A stretch of DNA of 64,000 nucleotides from Desulfurococcaceae archaeon. Its GTDB lineage: Archaea > Thermoproteota > Thermoprotei_A > Sulfolobales > Desulfurococcaceae. Location of the stretch: NCBI GenBank assembly GCA_038816475.1, contig JAWBAI010000007.1, forward strand, positions 10,142 to 74,141. The letters are read 5' to 3'. The position numbers and the translations under genes are program-made. The notes beneath the pieces were generated by a model. It saw only the letters and a list, made by a program, of their open reading frames with translations, was not told the DNA's origin and ran no database searches. Numbering within the stretch: the first letter of the stretch is position 1; each line of letters opens with the position of its first letter. Positions 39,286 to 48,375 of this stretch are shown here, in pieces.

Positions 39286-40347
39286 CTAGCATATTCTCGG
39301 TACTATTTCACCGCGTGGAGGCTCAATTACTCTTAAACCACCCACGGGTGTTTCTGCTACCACGTAGCCCTTGAACTCGTTTGTTTCTCTGACCTCACCA
39401 ATTACTCTCGCGTTTTCAAAGCCTAGCTTGTGGATAAAGTCCACGAGCTCATCCACACACCACTGCTCTACAGCTAGCACAGCTGATCCCTCGCTCGCAA
39501 GGTTTAACGGGTCTACTCCGAGAGCTTCAGCGTACTTTCTCACAGCTTCTCTGATCGGAACTTTAGATTCATTAATGAGTATCAGTGTACCCGTCTTCGA
39601 AGCCCACTCGTTCAGAACTCCAGCCAAGCCTCCACGCGTGGGGTCTCTAGCCGCTTTGATGCAACCTCGGTACCTGGACAATAGAGGTAGCATGAGCTTC
39701 GTTAACGGCTTAACGTCGCTTCTTAGTTTACCAGTTGTTATCTCTTCCACCTCCTCTCCGAGGCCCATTTGCATTAGAAGTATGACAGCGCCGTGGTCGC
39801 CTACGTAATCGGTTACGATGATTGCATCACTCGGTGATGGTTTATCGACTATGGGTTTACCCTCGGATACGCCTATAGCAGCTGTTGTAATCACGATTCT
39901 GTCTATTTGACCCTTTGGCATAACCTTGAAGTCTCCGCCAATGAGCGCAATGCCTTCTTCTCTGAGCACACTTATCATGGAGTTCACTATGACCTCTAGG
40001 CTGCTCATGGGAAACCCTTCCTCCACAATTATCGTGTCTAGCATTGCTATCGGTTTGCCGCCCATCATTAAAACATCGTTAATGGAGCCACAGGCGGCTA
40101 AAACCCCTATGTTGCCACCGGGAAAGAAGGGTGGATTAACCGTGTACGAGTCTATGGAAACCACCAGGTACCTGTTTTCCCCGATTGGAATAGCTGCTCC
40201 ATCATCTGCAGCATCTATGCCTACACCACCCTCAACTCGCTTGTACTTGTCTTCAACCCGCCTGAAGATCATGTTTTCAAGCAACTCCAGCATTTCAACA
40301 CCGCCGGAGCCGTGTGCCAGCGTTACTCTATCCATGGTTGAGATCAC
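39286..40347 (-). CDS. hypE: Hydrogenase maturation protein HypE
   Basis: LAHGSGG, DSYTV.P.FFPGG.IG, RDPTRGG, C-terminal PRIC. Confidence 0.97.
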   Translation of the reverse strand: MISTMDRVTLAHGSGGVEMLELLENMIFRRVEDKYKRVEGGVGIDAADDGAAIPIGENRYLVVSIDSYTVNPPFFPGGNIGVLAACGSINDVLMMGGKPIAMLDTIIVEEGFPMSSLEVIVNSMISVLREEGIALIGGDFKVMPKGQIDRIVITTAAIGVSEGKPIVDKPSPSDAIIVTDYVGDHGAVILLMQMGLGEEVEEITTGKLRSDVKPLTKLMLPLLSRYRGCIKAARDPTRGGLAGVLNEWASKTGTLILINESKVPIREAVRKYAEALGVDPLNLASEGSAVLAVEQWCVDELVDFIHKLGFENARVIGEVRETNEFKGYVVAETPVGGLRVIEPPRGEIVPRIC

Positions 40348-40637
40348 CCTTGTCCCAGACTTCTCATTTTCTCTAAGAGTACGAGGTAAGATGATATTAG
40401 GTTTTCAGCATCAGGTCCTAGAACCTCCCTGAAGAACTCCACCTGCTCTAGGAGATCACTTGCGTCCATCCTGGACACGATAACTCCTGCGTGAACTACC
40501 ACTAAATCCCCTCTTCCGATCCTCTCCTCGGAGATCCCTATGAGCACTTTTCTCGGTAAACCATCACCGTAGTCTACTACAGCTGTCATGTTCTCGTAGT
40601 CAACGTTCAGCACAACAGCCGGTGAGCCCAGGCACAA
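40344..40637 (-). CDS. hypC: Hydrogenase chaperone HypC (start TTG 40637 gives MCLG)
   Basis: MCLGSPA N-terminus, GDLVVVHAG; GGTGA SD upstream. Confidence 0.93.
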   Translation of the reverse strand: MCLGSPAVVLNVDYENMTAVVDYGDGLPRKVLIGISEERIGRGDLVVVHAGVIVSRMDASDLLEQVEFFREVLGPDAENLISSYLVLLEKMRSLGQG

Positions 40638-40638
40638 G

Positions 40639-41883
40639 CTACTGATCACCTGTTCCTCCCTTGATCTCCCTCATGATCTTCGACAGGAGCTCCCTAGATC
40701 CGTAGTTGGCCCATATGGCGCATGCACCCTCAACTGATACCATGCATGGACCCACGGGTTTAACTGGTGTACACGCTTTAAGGAAGAGAGGACACTGAGA
40801 TGGATAAGCCTTGCCAAGTACGACCTCAGCGCATCTGCAACCGGGTGGCATGTCGTACACCCATGTGCTCGGAGTTAAATCCTTGATACCATACTCGTGA
40901 AAAGCATCGTACTTCTTGTACTCTTCTCTTAACCTCAATCCGCTCTTGGGTAAATACCCAATTCCCCGCCATGGATCGTCTACTACTTCAAAGACCCTCT
41001 TCACAGCTCGCTGAGCCTTTATATCCCCGTGCCACGTAACACTCCTCCTATACTCTACAGTGGTTTTTGCTTCACCCTTCGAGAGCTGCTTGAGCACTTC
41101 TAGTATAGATACAAGAACGTCAAGAGGCTCAAACCCCGAGACAACCACGGGGATGCGAAAGTTCTCGGACACGGGTTCCCAGACCTTTGCTCCTGTTATT
41201 GTTGAAACATGTCCGGGTGCTATTACTCCCATTATCGGGGGCTCTGTGGGCTTCTCTCTGCTAACCTCCAGCGCGTAGAACATTGCTGGTGGTGTTAGCT
41301 TAACAAGGCTTAAGAGCTTTAGGTTCTCCGGTATGTGCTTCTTGATCAGCGCAAAGGCGTAGCCCGGTGCTACTGTTTCAAAGCCCACTCCGGCGAACAC
41401 TGATGGTTTTCCATGAGCAGACGCATCCCTGGATGCTGTTAGTATATCCGGAACAACTTTCACATTACCACCTAGACTCCTAGCTTCGCTCAGAGACCTA
41501 GCACCCTTAACATCTCTATATGCACGTAGTCTGTACACGTCTCCGTACGCATACACTGTTACCCCTTCAAGAGACAATTTTATCAACTCCTCGATGTAGT
41601 AGGATGGTACAACGCAGACGGGGCATCCGGGTCCAGCAACAAGCTCTAATCTACTGGGAACTATGCTTCTGATACCATAATAGGTTATTGTCCACTCATG
41701 TGTACCACAGAAGTTCATGATCTTGAGCTTTTCGACCCCGGTTCTTGTCCTGTACTGATCCCAGTAGTCTCGAATTTTTGCAAGCACGTATTCAACCAAC
41801 CTCTTGTTCAGCCTAAGGTCTTTCTCAAGCATCGAGAACAGCTCTACGCTTGAGTACATGTAAACACCTTGCTTATTCTGCAT
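40639..41883 (-). CDS. hypD: Hydrogenase maturation protein HypD
   Basis: FCGTHE, GPGCPVCV, GFET, PGHVS, GPCMVS.EGAC. Confidence 0.97.
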   Translation of the reverse strand: MQNKQGVYMYSSVELFSMLEKDLRLNKRLVEYVLAKIRDYWDQYRTRTGVEKLKIMNFCGTHEWTITYYGIRSIVPSRLELVAGPGCPVCVVPSYYIEELIKLSLEGVTVYAYGDVYRLRAYRDVKGARSLSEARSLGGNVKVVPDILTASRDASAHGKPSVFAGVGFETVAPGYAFALIKKHIPENLKLLSLVKLTPPAMFYALEVSREKPTEPPIMGVIAPGHVSTITGAKVWEPVSENFRIPVVVSGFEPLDVLVSILEVLKQLSKGEAKTTVEYRRSVTWHGDIKAQRAVKRVFEVVDDPWRGIGYLPKSGLRLREEYKKYDAFHEYGIKDLTPSTWVYDMPPGCRCAEVVLGKAYPSQCPLFLKACTPVKPVGPCMVSVEGACAIWANYGSRELLSKIMREIKGGTGDQ

Positions 41884-41894
41884 TGGAGTTTAGA

Positions 41895-41968
41895 GTGTGT
41901 GAAGGACCGGGGGGCCCACCCCGGTTCATACGACCGAGGGACTTCTCGGCTAGTCACCGGGGCCTCCA
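41895..41968 (-). ncRNA. Candidate single-hairpin H/ACA-like guide RNA with K-turn
   Basis: GC-rich intergenic hairpin: GGAGG/CCUUC base stem then ACA, CCCCGG/CCGGGG stem topped by opposing UGA motifs, apical CCGAG/CUCGG; TTAAAA box ~25 nt upstream. Confidence 0.65.
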
Positions 41969-41993
41969 TGGGTATTAATGGTACTAAGGGGTT

Positions 41994-42305
41994 TTAAGCG
42001 GTGTACATGCCTACGCTTTCTGGTCTTACTTCTTTTTCAATCCATTTACGCAGGTTTCTCGTAACCACGTACGATGCTATGATCAGCGCTAAAGCTACGA
42101 TCATCATTAAGACTATTACTACCGGGTCACCGAAGCCGACGCATATAGGTATGAACATTACGACTATGCATCCTCCTCCAGCTACTCTTAGATCAGCTGT
42201 ATAGCCCTGAACTAGGAGCGCAAGAGTGTACGCTACTGTAGCCAGGAATATAGCTAGAAACCCTGCGAAAATCAAGGCTAAACCTAGCTTGAAGAGCTTC
42301 ACCAA
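41994..42305 (-). CDS. DUF131-like membrane protein
   Basis: GGCIVVMFIPICVGFG motif between TM helices. Confidence 0.75.
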   Translation of the reverse strand: MVKLFKLGLALIFAGFLAIFLATVAYTLALLVQGYTADLRVAGGGCIVVMFIPICVGFGDPVVIVLMMIVALALIIASYVVTRNLRKWIEKEVRPESVGMYTA

Positions 42306-42580
42306 ACCACCCTTAGGACCCCAGATAGTACAAGGTAGACTAGGAGTGTAACTATCATTAGAGTTATCGCAAGCACCACCAAAACCTTCGTTATTCTCGT
42401 AGTAGTTCCGAAGACTATGGGTACAGGACCAACAATTACTACTCCACCAGCTTCAGCTTTACCCTCGGCTCCAGCTTTAGCGAACTCCCTCAGTACACTG
42501 AGCATTAGCAGAATCACACCTACAGTCACAACAGCAAACGATACGAGAAAAACCAGCAGAAAAAGATCTACAAAGCTCAT
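42299..42580 (-). CDS. DUF131 (TIGR00304) membrane protein
   Basis: GGVVIVGPVPIVFGT. Confidence 0.88.
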   Translation of the reverse strand: MSFVDLFLLVFLVSFAVVTVGVILLMLSVLREFAKAGAEGKAEAGGVVIVGPVPIVFGTTTRITKVLVVLAITLMIVTLLVYLVLSGVLRVVW

Positions 42581-42675
42581 AAAACTAACACCTATGCACT
42601 ATACCTATGTCTAGCTATGAAAACGCACTTTAAAAACATCGTACTCGAATTTGACTAGGTGAGAAGAAAAAGTGC

Positions 42676-43914
42676 TTACATTGGTTTTTCTATCTTGGGT
42701 TTTAACCCTATGATCCTTTGAATTAGAACTGTGCAGGCATTGTCTCCTGATACATTGATGGCTGTTCTAATAGCATCCGCTGGTGGGTCTATTACCATCA
42801 TTATTCCTACGCCCTCGAGTGGTAAACCAACAACGGATAACACGTACGCTAGCATTACGGTTCCACCTCCGGGTATAGCTGCTGTTGCTATTGATCCTAC
42901 AAGCGCTGATAGAACTATCAAACCGTACTGGTAGGGTGCTAACGAGATCCCGAACAACTGAGCGATGAACACTGCACTGATAGCCTGGTATAACGCTGTT
43001 CCATCCATATTGACTGTTGCTCCAATAGGTAGTGTAACCTGAAACACCTCGTCTCTCACGCCCATTCTTCTCGCTGCTTCCATGTTGTACGGTAGTGTAA
43101 CAGCAGATGACCTCGTCGCGAACGCCACGAGGAAGGGTGTTAACTGGTGTTTAAAGTAGACTAATGGGTTTAATCCACCTAGTGACACTATTATTGGATA
43201 CACCAGGAAGAAGTGTATGAAGGTAAAGAGGTACTGTGCACCAAGGAGTTTACCGTAGGCACCTAACATCTGGGGACCATACGTTGCTATTAACCAGGCT
43301 GCATAACCAAAGATAGCTACTGGTGCATAGTACATAATCACTCTTACAACGTTTATCATTGTTCTAGAACCTAGCACTAATACCGAGTAGACTTTCCTTC
43401 CCTCTTCGCCGAGCAGAACTGTAGCTACACCCGTGATTATTGCAAATATGATCATGGTCATAGCTCCACCAACTGTTAACAACAAGTTGAAATCGAGCTG
43501 GAAGAAGCTTAGAACTATGTCTACTCCACTAGGAGGCTTTGGAGGCGTGTAACCTGGGGGTGGTGTTAGCCCTACTCCAGCACCGGGTGCGAACAGTAGA
43601 CCAGCTAATACACCCCATACAGCTGCAAGTACCGATGTAGAAACATAGAGCATCATCATGAGCACGAGAATTACACCTAGTTTTCTTAGATCAGCTATTG
43701 AAGCTGTAGCAGCAGCTATCGTAAAGAATATCAACGGCGGTATGACTACCCTTATCAACCTTACGAAGATATCGCCTAGGAGCTTTAACCACGCTGACGC
43801 CTCCGTTCTAACAGCATCTGGAAGTTGCAGTAGTGCATAGCCCACGATGATACCCAACAGGAATCCTATTGCTATGGCTAAAAGTAGAGTCCATCTTCCC
43901 ATTCTGGAGTACAT
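42676..43914 (-). CDS. Dicarboxylate/amino acid:cation symporter (GltPh-like, probably Asp/Glu)
   Basis: TRSSAVTLP, GATVNMDGTALY, TM8 D..RT..N..GD. Confidence 0.95.
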   Translation of the reverse strand: MYSRMGRWTLLLAIAIGFLLGIIVGYALLQLPDAVRTEASAWLKLLGDIFVRLIRVVIPPLIFFTIAAATASIADLRKLGVILVLMMMLYVSTSVLAAVWGVLAGLLFAPGAGVGLTPPPGYTPPKPPSGVDIVLSFFQLDFNLLLTVGGAMTMIIFAIITGVATVLLGEEGRKVYSVLVLGSRTMINVVRVIMYYAPVAIFGYAAWLIATYGPQMLGAYGKLLGAQYLFTFIHFFLVYPIIVSLGGLNPLVYFKHQLTPFLVAFATRSSAVTLPYNMEAARRMGVRDEVFQVTLPIGATVNMDGTALYQAISAVFIAQLFGISLAPYQYGLIVLSALVGSIATAAIPGGGTVMLAYVLSVVGLPLEGVGIMMVIDPPADAIRTAINVSGDNACTVLIQRIIGLKPKIEKPM

Positions 43915-44055
43915 AGCTATACCCTTCCATTGGTGAGTTCAAACGATTTTATAAGTTTTAACTAATGTAAGACCAGGAGGTTATAGAGTTATACTTATAA
44001 ACCGAGCCTCTTTAAGCGTACACATGAGGATTTAGGATTGGTGTAACCGAGGTAT

Positions 44056-44529
44056 ATGACTAGGGTTGCCGAAAGGTTTAGTTTTGTCAACTTCGGGAAC
44101 ATATGCTCCTCGTGTAGTATAAACTGCTGTAGAAGATTCTACGCTGTACTACTACCCGAGGAGGAAGAGGAGTTCAAAGACGTAGCCTTTACAATTAGCA
44201 CTGAGCGCGGTGAAGTAAAATGCATAGGCTCCAGAAGCAGTAAACCATGTCCCTTTCTCGACAGCAGAAGCCTATGCACAATTTACAATAAACGACCCCT
44301 GGACTGTAGACTATGGCCAATCATAGTGTACATAGACTTTAAAACAAGAGAAAAAGTGGTTTACTTAGACATGGACTGTCCAGCAGCAAAAGAAGGTAGA
44401 ATACCCAGGGAAATCATAGAAAAAATAGTCGAGGAAATCAAGAAAGTAGAATTAAACGAATCATGGCTTGAAAAGTACACACTAGCTCCGTGGCCTAACA
44501 ACCTTGTGGAAATAACCAGGTACAAATAG
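44056..44529 (+). CDS. YkgJ-family Cys-cluster (Fe-S/Zn) protein
   Basis: C..C...CC, CPFL, C.IY..RP..CRLWP. Confidence 0.88.
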   Translation: MTRVAERFSFVNFGNICSSCSINCCRRFYAVLLPEEEEEFKDVAFTISTERGEVKCIGSRSSKPCPFLDSRSLCTIYNKRPLDCRLWPIIVYIDFKTREKVVYLDMDCPAAKEGRIPREIIEKIVEEIKKVELNESWLEKYTLAPWPNNLVEITRYK

Positions 44530-44553
44530 TGTAACTAATGAGTTGAGAGAATA

Positions 44554-44735
44554 GGGCCGGTTTACCCCGATCTCCACATAGTAATAAGCTTAACATACTG
44601 GTAAAACACAGAGACCGAGACTGTAAACCAGCACCCACCCGGTTTCCCGGGTGAGCGCCAGCTTACAGCCCCGACCCCCGTGTTTCACCAGTATGTTAAG
44701 CTTATTACTATGTGGAAACCGGCTGGGCCCGGCCC
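44554..44735 (-). ncRNA. Unknown long-hairpin RNA on a bulge-helix-bulge motif; predicted 161-nt circular product (44562-44722)
   Basis: 44573-44642 pairs with 44647-44716 without gaps. All 12 non-WC positions are G-U on the minus strand, the loop is GAAA, and the base forms a canonical BHB. Confidence 0.85.
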
Positions 44736-44896
44736 AGTTTATTACTTGTGCTGATCTTATACATAAGTAGAATGTTTTGTATTAAATGTGCTTACTATCG
44801 TTTTTTCTGCGAACTCTTAAGGCGTTTTTGTATAAGTATTGTTCAAGTAATACGTTCTTCATAATATGGAATGGTATTACTTGAACTATCTTGTTC

Positions 44897-45487
44897 TTAC
44901 TCTTGCTTCCGAGTATTCCATACTATGGTATATGGTGAGACCAAAATTATATTTTTACGTGTTATCTCATCAAAAGCCGAGGGGTGAATGTACAAGCCGT
45001 AGATCAATGCAACTATCCTGTAGTTGAGACCTAGGGTTGCTACTACTTTCTCTATTTTCTCAGCTAGATTAACTACATCCTCCCTGTGAACCCTAGATTT
45101 CGCTTCACCTATTACAACAACTCTTTCACCAGTTTTCCTGTGGTATCCAATACCGTAGAAGTCTACTTCAATGTACTTCCCGTCAACGGTGAAGAAAGCC
45201 CTGCTCAGCTGTGAAACCTCTATGTCCGCGTTGTGAAGTAACCATGATGGAAGAAAGACTCTAGCTGTATCCTCGATTATGAGTCCATAAATATCACTTA
45301 GTCGACTAACTTCTCGCGATAGCTCGTTTACGTGTTTTCCTATCTTCTCAATCTTATCGGCGAGTAGCATAATCGTTTTCTTCAACTCATCAATGTCTTT
45401 ACTATCAGTACTAGCGTCCAGTACCTCGTTGGAACCGCATTTTCTTCTGAATAGTCCTCTGTTAAACAGTACTGCGAAGAACCCCAA
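44897..45487 (-). CDS. Coiled-coil plus PD-(D/E)XK nuclease-like protein
   Basis: Heptad region followed by G.IIE, IEVD, IGEAK. Confidence 0.75.
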   Translation of the reverse strand: MGFFAVLFNRGLFRRKCGSNEVLDASTDSKDIDELKKTIMLLADKIEKIGKHVNELSREVSRLSDIYGLIIEDTARVFLPSWLLHNADIEVSQLSRAFFTVDGKYIEVDFYGIGYHRKTGERVVVIGEAKSRVHREDVVNLAEKIEKVVATLGLNYRIVALIYGLYIHPSAFDEITRKNIILVSPYTIVWNTRKQE

Positions 45488-45585
45488 CTAACCCCTTTAA
45501 ACAAAGCCTTATAGTATAGTTGATAAGGGATTAGACTTGGTATTACCGGGATTAAACATTCATCGTTCACTCGTGGTGATCACTA

Positions 45586-46398
45586 GTGAGCTGCGAAACC
45601 CTATTAAGTGAAACCCTGCTTGAAGCTGTGAAGGTTTTGGTATCACTGGTGTTTCTCGTTGTTTTAGGCTACTACGACATGAGGTCAAGACTATTACCCG
45701 ATGTGTTAGTCTACACTTACGCAGGGGTTTCAACCGTAGTTTTCACGTTTACATTATTCAATATCTTCAGATGCTATTCACCCACTGTATTAGCAATCTA
45801 CGTGCTGTTCTCAACTGCTTTAACAACGGGATTGCTATACGCTTTGTATAAAATGGGGCACGCTGGTGACGGAGATGTGTATGTTATGCTATCTATAGGG
45901 CTTTCACACTCGTTCCCCAGCGTGTATAGAGTAGTGCCGTTGGGGTACGGTTTACTACCACCAGGTCTCGTTATACTGCTCTATGCATGTATCGTTCAAC
46001 TAATCGTGCTAGTGTACCAAGTCTTCGTGAACATTACTAAGTATCGAAGTGTAGTCAAAGACCTTAAAGGAGTGTATAAACTGATTGTTCCACTCATCTC
46101 AAAGCCCGTAAAAATAAAAGACTACGTTAGTAGTCCACGTGAGCATGTGCACCCTATACAGTGCCCGGAGGTTTATGAGAATGAGGTTAAATGGTTCTTC
46201 AGGTTAACATCGAGGATCGACGAAGAGGACTGCATACTGAAGTTTAGGGACGAGCTTGTGAACACAATGGGGGACATGTACATCTGGGTTTCACCGAAAA
46301 TACCCTTCGTGTTCTACATGATGATCGGGTTTGTGATTTTCATACTGCTTGGAGACTACGCTGTACTTGTAGCATTACGAACGCTGGTTCCAAGTTAA
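45586..46398 (+). CDS. A24 prepilin/pre-archaellin peptidase (PibD/FlaK-like)
   Basis: YDMRSR (first Asp), GDGD (GxGD), C-terminal WVSPKIPF. Confidence 0.85.
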   Translation: MSCETLLSETLLEAVKVLVSLVFLVVLGYYDMRSRLLPDVLVYTYAGVSTVVFTFTLFNIFRCYSPTVLAIYVLFSTALTTGLLYALYKMGHAGDGDVYVMLSIGLSHSFPSVYRVVPLGYGLLPPGLVILLYACIVQLIVLVYQVFVNITKYRSVVKDLKGVYKLIVPLISKPVKIKDYVSSPREHVHPIQCPEVYENEVKWFFRLTSRIDEEDCILKFRDELVNTMGDMYIWVSPKIPFVFYMMIGFVIFILLGDYAVLVALRTLVPS

Positions 46399-46546
46399 TT
46401 TCAATCACGGTGGTACGACCTAGCTTGTTTCGTCTCGGAGCAGGTGCATCTCAACTTATGAACTCACTGAAAGCGTTATCGTGTTTCTTAATGATGGGGT
46501 TTTCATAATATCCTCTGATTAGACCAGTAATCGCAAGGGAGCTCTG

Positions 46547-47269
46547 TTGTCTTGGGTTATTAATAAAGAGGAATGGATCAGAATATACAACTACATTACA
46601 ACTCACCTGCCAGAGCTGAACTTCGCAAGAGACCAGCTCGCTACTGATGTCCTGAGTGCTATTATCAGCAAGCACAGGAGTATTCTACCCCTTGAAGAGT
46701 TCCTCGAAGACCTAAGAGGGTTTGATTTAGCTGTCGTAGTAGGTTGTAGTGAATCCCTGTACAAAGACCTTGCAACCCTGGGAAAGCTTACAGCCAGGAA
46801 CGATGGTGTTCTCCTGGTAGCTGCTGATGGAGCTGTAAGCGCGTTGCTAGAGCATGGTTTTGTACCACACCTCGTAGTCTCCGACCTCGATGGCGACTTC
46901 AACAGCATTAAGAAAGCCTCGAGCATGGGTTCAATCGTAGTTACTCATGCTCACGGAGACAACATTAGCAAGCTGAGAAGAGTGCTCGAACTGGAGGGAC
47001 CTGTGATAGGCTCTACGCAGGTTGAACCCAGACCTCATGTACATAACTTTGGTGGGTTCACGGATGGTGATAGAGCTCTCTACATACTATACCATGCTGG
47101 TTACAGAAGAATTATCCTCGCAGGTTTTAACTTCGATGAACCACACGTTTGCCCAGGCAAGGTGGTAGTGGACTATGCTGTAAAGAAGAAGAAACTTGAT
47201 GTTGCTAAGTGGCTTATTTCTTTGCTTGAAGATAAAGGGTTACAAGTGGTGAACACACGTGAGCTGTAG
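46547..47269 (+). CDS. mptE: 6-hydroxymethyl-7,8-dihydropterin pyrophosphokinase
   Basis: AADGA, VSDLDG, HAHGDN, NFGGFTDGDRA, KKKKL..A. Confidence 0.9.
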   Translation: MSWVINKEEWIRIYNYITTHLPELNFARDQLATDVLSAIISKHRSILPLEEFLEDLRGFDLAVVVGCSESLYKDLATLGKLTARNDGVLLVAADGAVSALLEHGFVPHLVVSDLDGDFNSIKKASSMGSIVVTHAHGDNISKLRRVLELEGPVIGSTQVEPRPHVHNFGGFTDGDRALYILYHAGYRRIILAGFNFDEPHVCPGKVVVDYAVKKKKLDVAKWLISLLEDKGLQVVNTREL

Positions 47270-47648
47270 CGAAGACCCTGCCGCGAAGTACTTCTCTTCT
47301 AAGGTTACTCCGAGAGACAGAGCTGTGTTCGAAGCAGGTATAGCCATTGGGACTGCTGTGCACCAATTCAGCGGTATTCCCCTGAGAACACCTCAGGACC
47401 TCGAGGTTATACGTGAAGCCGTGAGAAGAGCTCTACTAGCTCAACCCTGCAGAGAGTACGTTGAAGTCGAAATAGAGTATGAGAAACCATCAAGACCACC
47501 ACCATACGACTACACAACCCTGAAGTCTAGGAACATGGACCTGAGAATAGTTGTTAACTACAAGGGTACTAGAGTAAAGGCTAGGTTAAGGTACATTCCG
47601 GAGCTTGATTTCACTCTCGGCTACATAGAGGACATCGAGGAGTCCTAA
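47259..47648 (+). CDS. mptD: Archaeal dihydroneopterin aldolase (DUF381)
   Basis: RAVFEAGI..G...HQF.G.P, QP, YTTL, Y.PEL....YIE. Confidence 0.9.
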   Translation: MSCSEDPAAKYFSSKVTPRDRAVFEAGIAIGTAVHQFSGIPLRTPQDLEVIREAVRRALLAQPCREYVEVEIEYEKPSRPPPYDYTTLKSRNMDLRIVVNYKGTRVKARLRYIPELDFTLGYIEDIEES

Positions 47649-47649
47649 C

Positions 47650-48375
47650 TTGAAGAGCATTGCTTGGGGAATAACAGGTGCTGGTGCATACCTAGAGGAG
47701 TCTATTGAAGTAATCGAAGAGATCTCAAAGCTCGGTCTCAAGGTCACTGCTTTTGTTTCAAGAGCCGGTGAGCAAGTACTAGAAATGTACGGTTTAAGAA
47801 GCAGGCTGGAGATCGCTCTAAGAGGAGAATACCCGGTTGGTGTTGTCTACGAAAGCGCTGAACCACCTGGGTACCCAGCAACAGGTAGGCTTTACCTTGG
47901 TGTTTACTCTGCTGTTGTGGTCTCACCAGCTACTTTGAATACTGTTGCAAAAATCATTCACGGAATATCCGATACACTTGTAACAAACCTAGTTGCACAC
48001 AGTGTTAAAGCCGGATTACCCGTGTACATACTACCAGTAGATCTTTACGAGGTCAAAAGCAGGGTTCCTCTCTACGTGGACAGATCGAAATGCAACCTCT
48101 GTTCGGAATGCGCCGTAGTACCCGTGTGCCCTACAGAAGCTGCAAAGCCTCACCCGTACTACAAGGTAGTAGTAGACCTGAGGAAATGTACCAGGTGTTT
48201 TGCTTGCACATCCATGTGTCCACACAACGCAATAAGGTTTAACGTAGAGATAGTTGTTCACCCGGTTCCATACTACGTTGAGATAATCAAGAAGCTGGAA
48301 CACATGCCTCGTGTTCGAATCATTAAACACCCATCCGAGATCACCAATATACTGGTGAGGTCTCTACGAAAGTAG
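47650..48375 (+). CDS. Flavoprotein with two 4Fe-4S motifs, dihydromethanopterin reductase (DmrX)-like
   Basis: AWGITGAG, PATLNTVAKI..GI.DTLVTN, C..C..C....CP and C..C..C...CP. Confidence 0.85.
   Translation: MKSIAWGITGAGAYLEESIEVIEEISKLGLKVTAFVSRAGEQVLEMYGLRSRLEIALRGEYPVGVVYESAEPPGYPATGRLYLGVYSAVVVSPATLNTVAKIIHGISDTLVTNLVAHSVKAGLPVYILPVDLYEVKSRVPLYVDRSKCNLCSECAVVPVCPTEAAKPHPYYKVVVDLRKCTRCFACTSMCPHNAIRFNVEIVVHPVPYYVEIIKKLEHMPRVRIIKHPSEITNILVRSLRK

Noticed and set aside
44554-44735. Hairpin as terminator, DNA cruciform/MITE, tRNA or SRP RNA
   Set aside because: Far too long for a terminator. The strand-specific G-U pattern and BHB argue for RNA. I see no target-site duplication, D or T arms, or SRP helix 8 motif.
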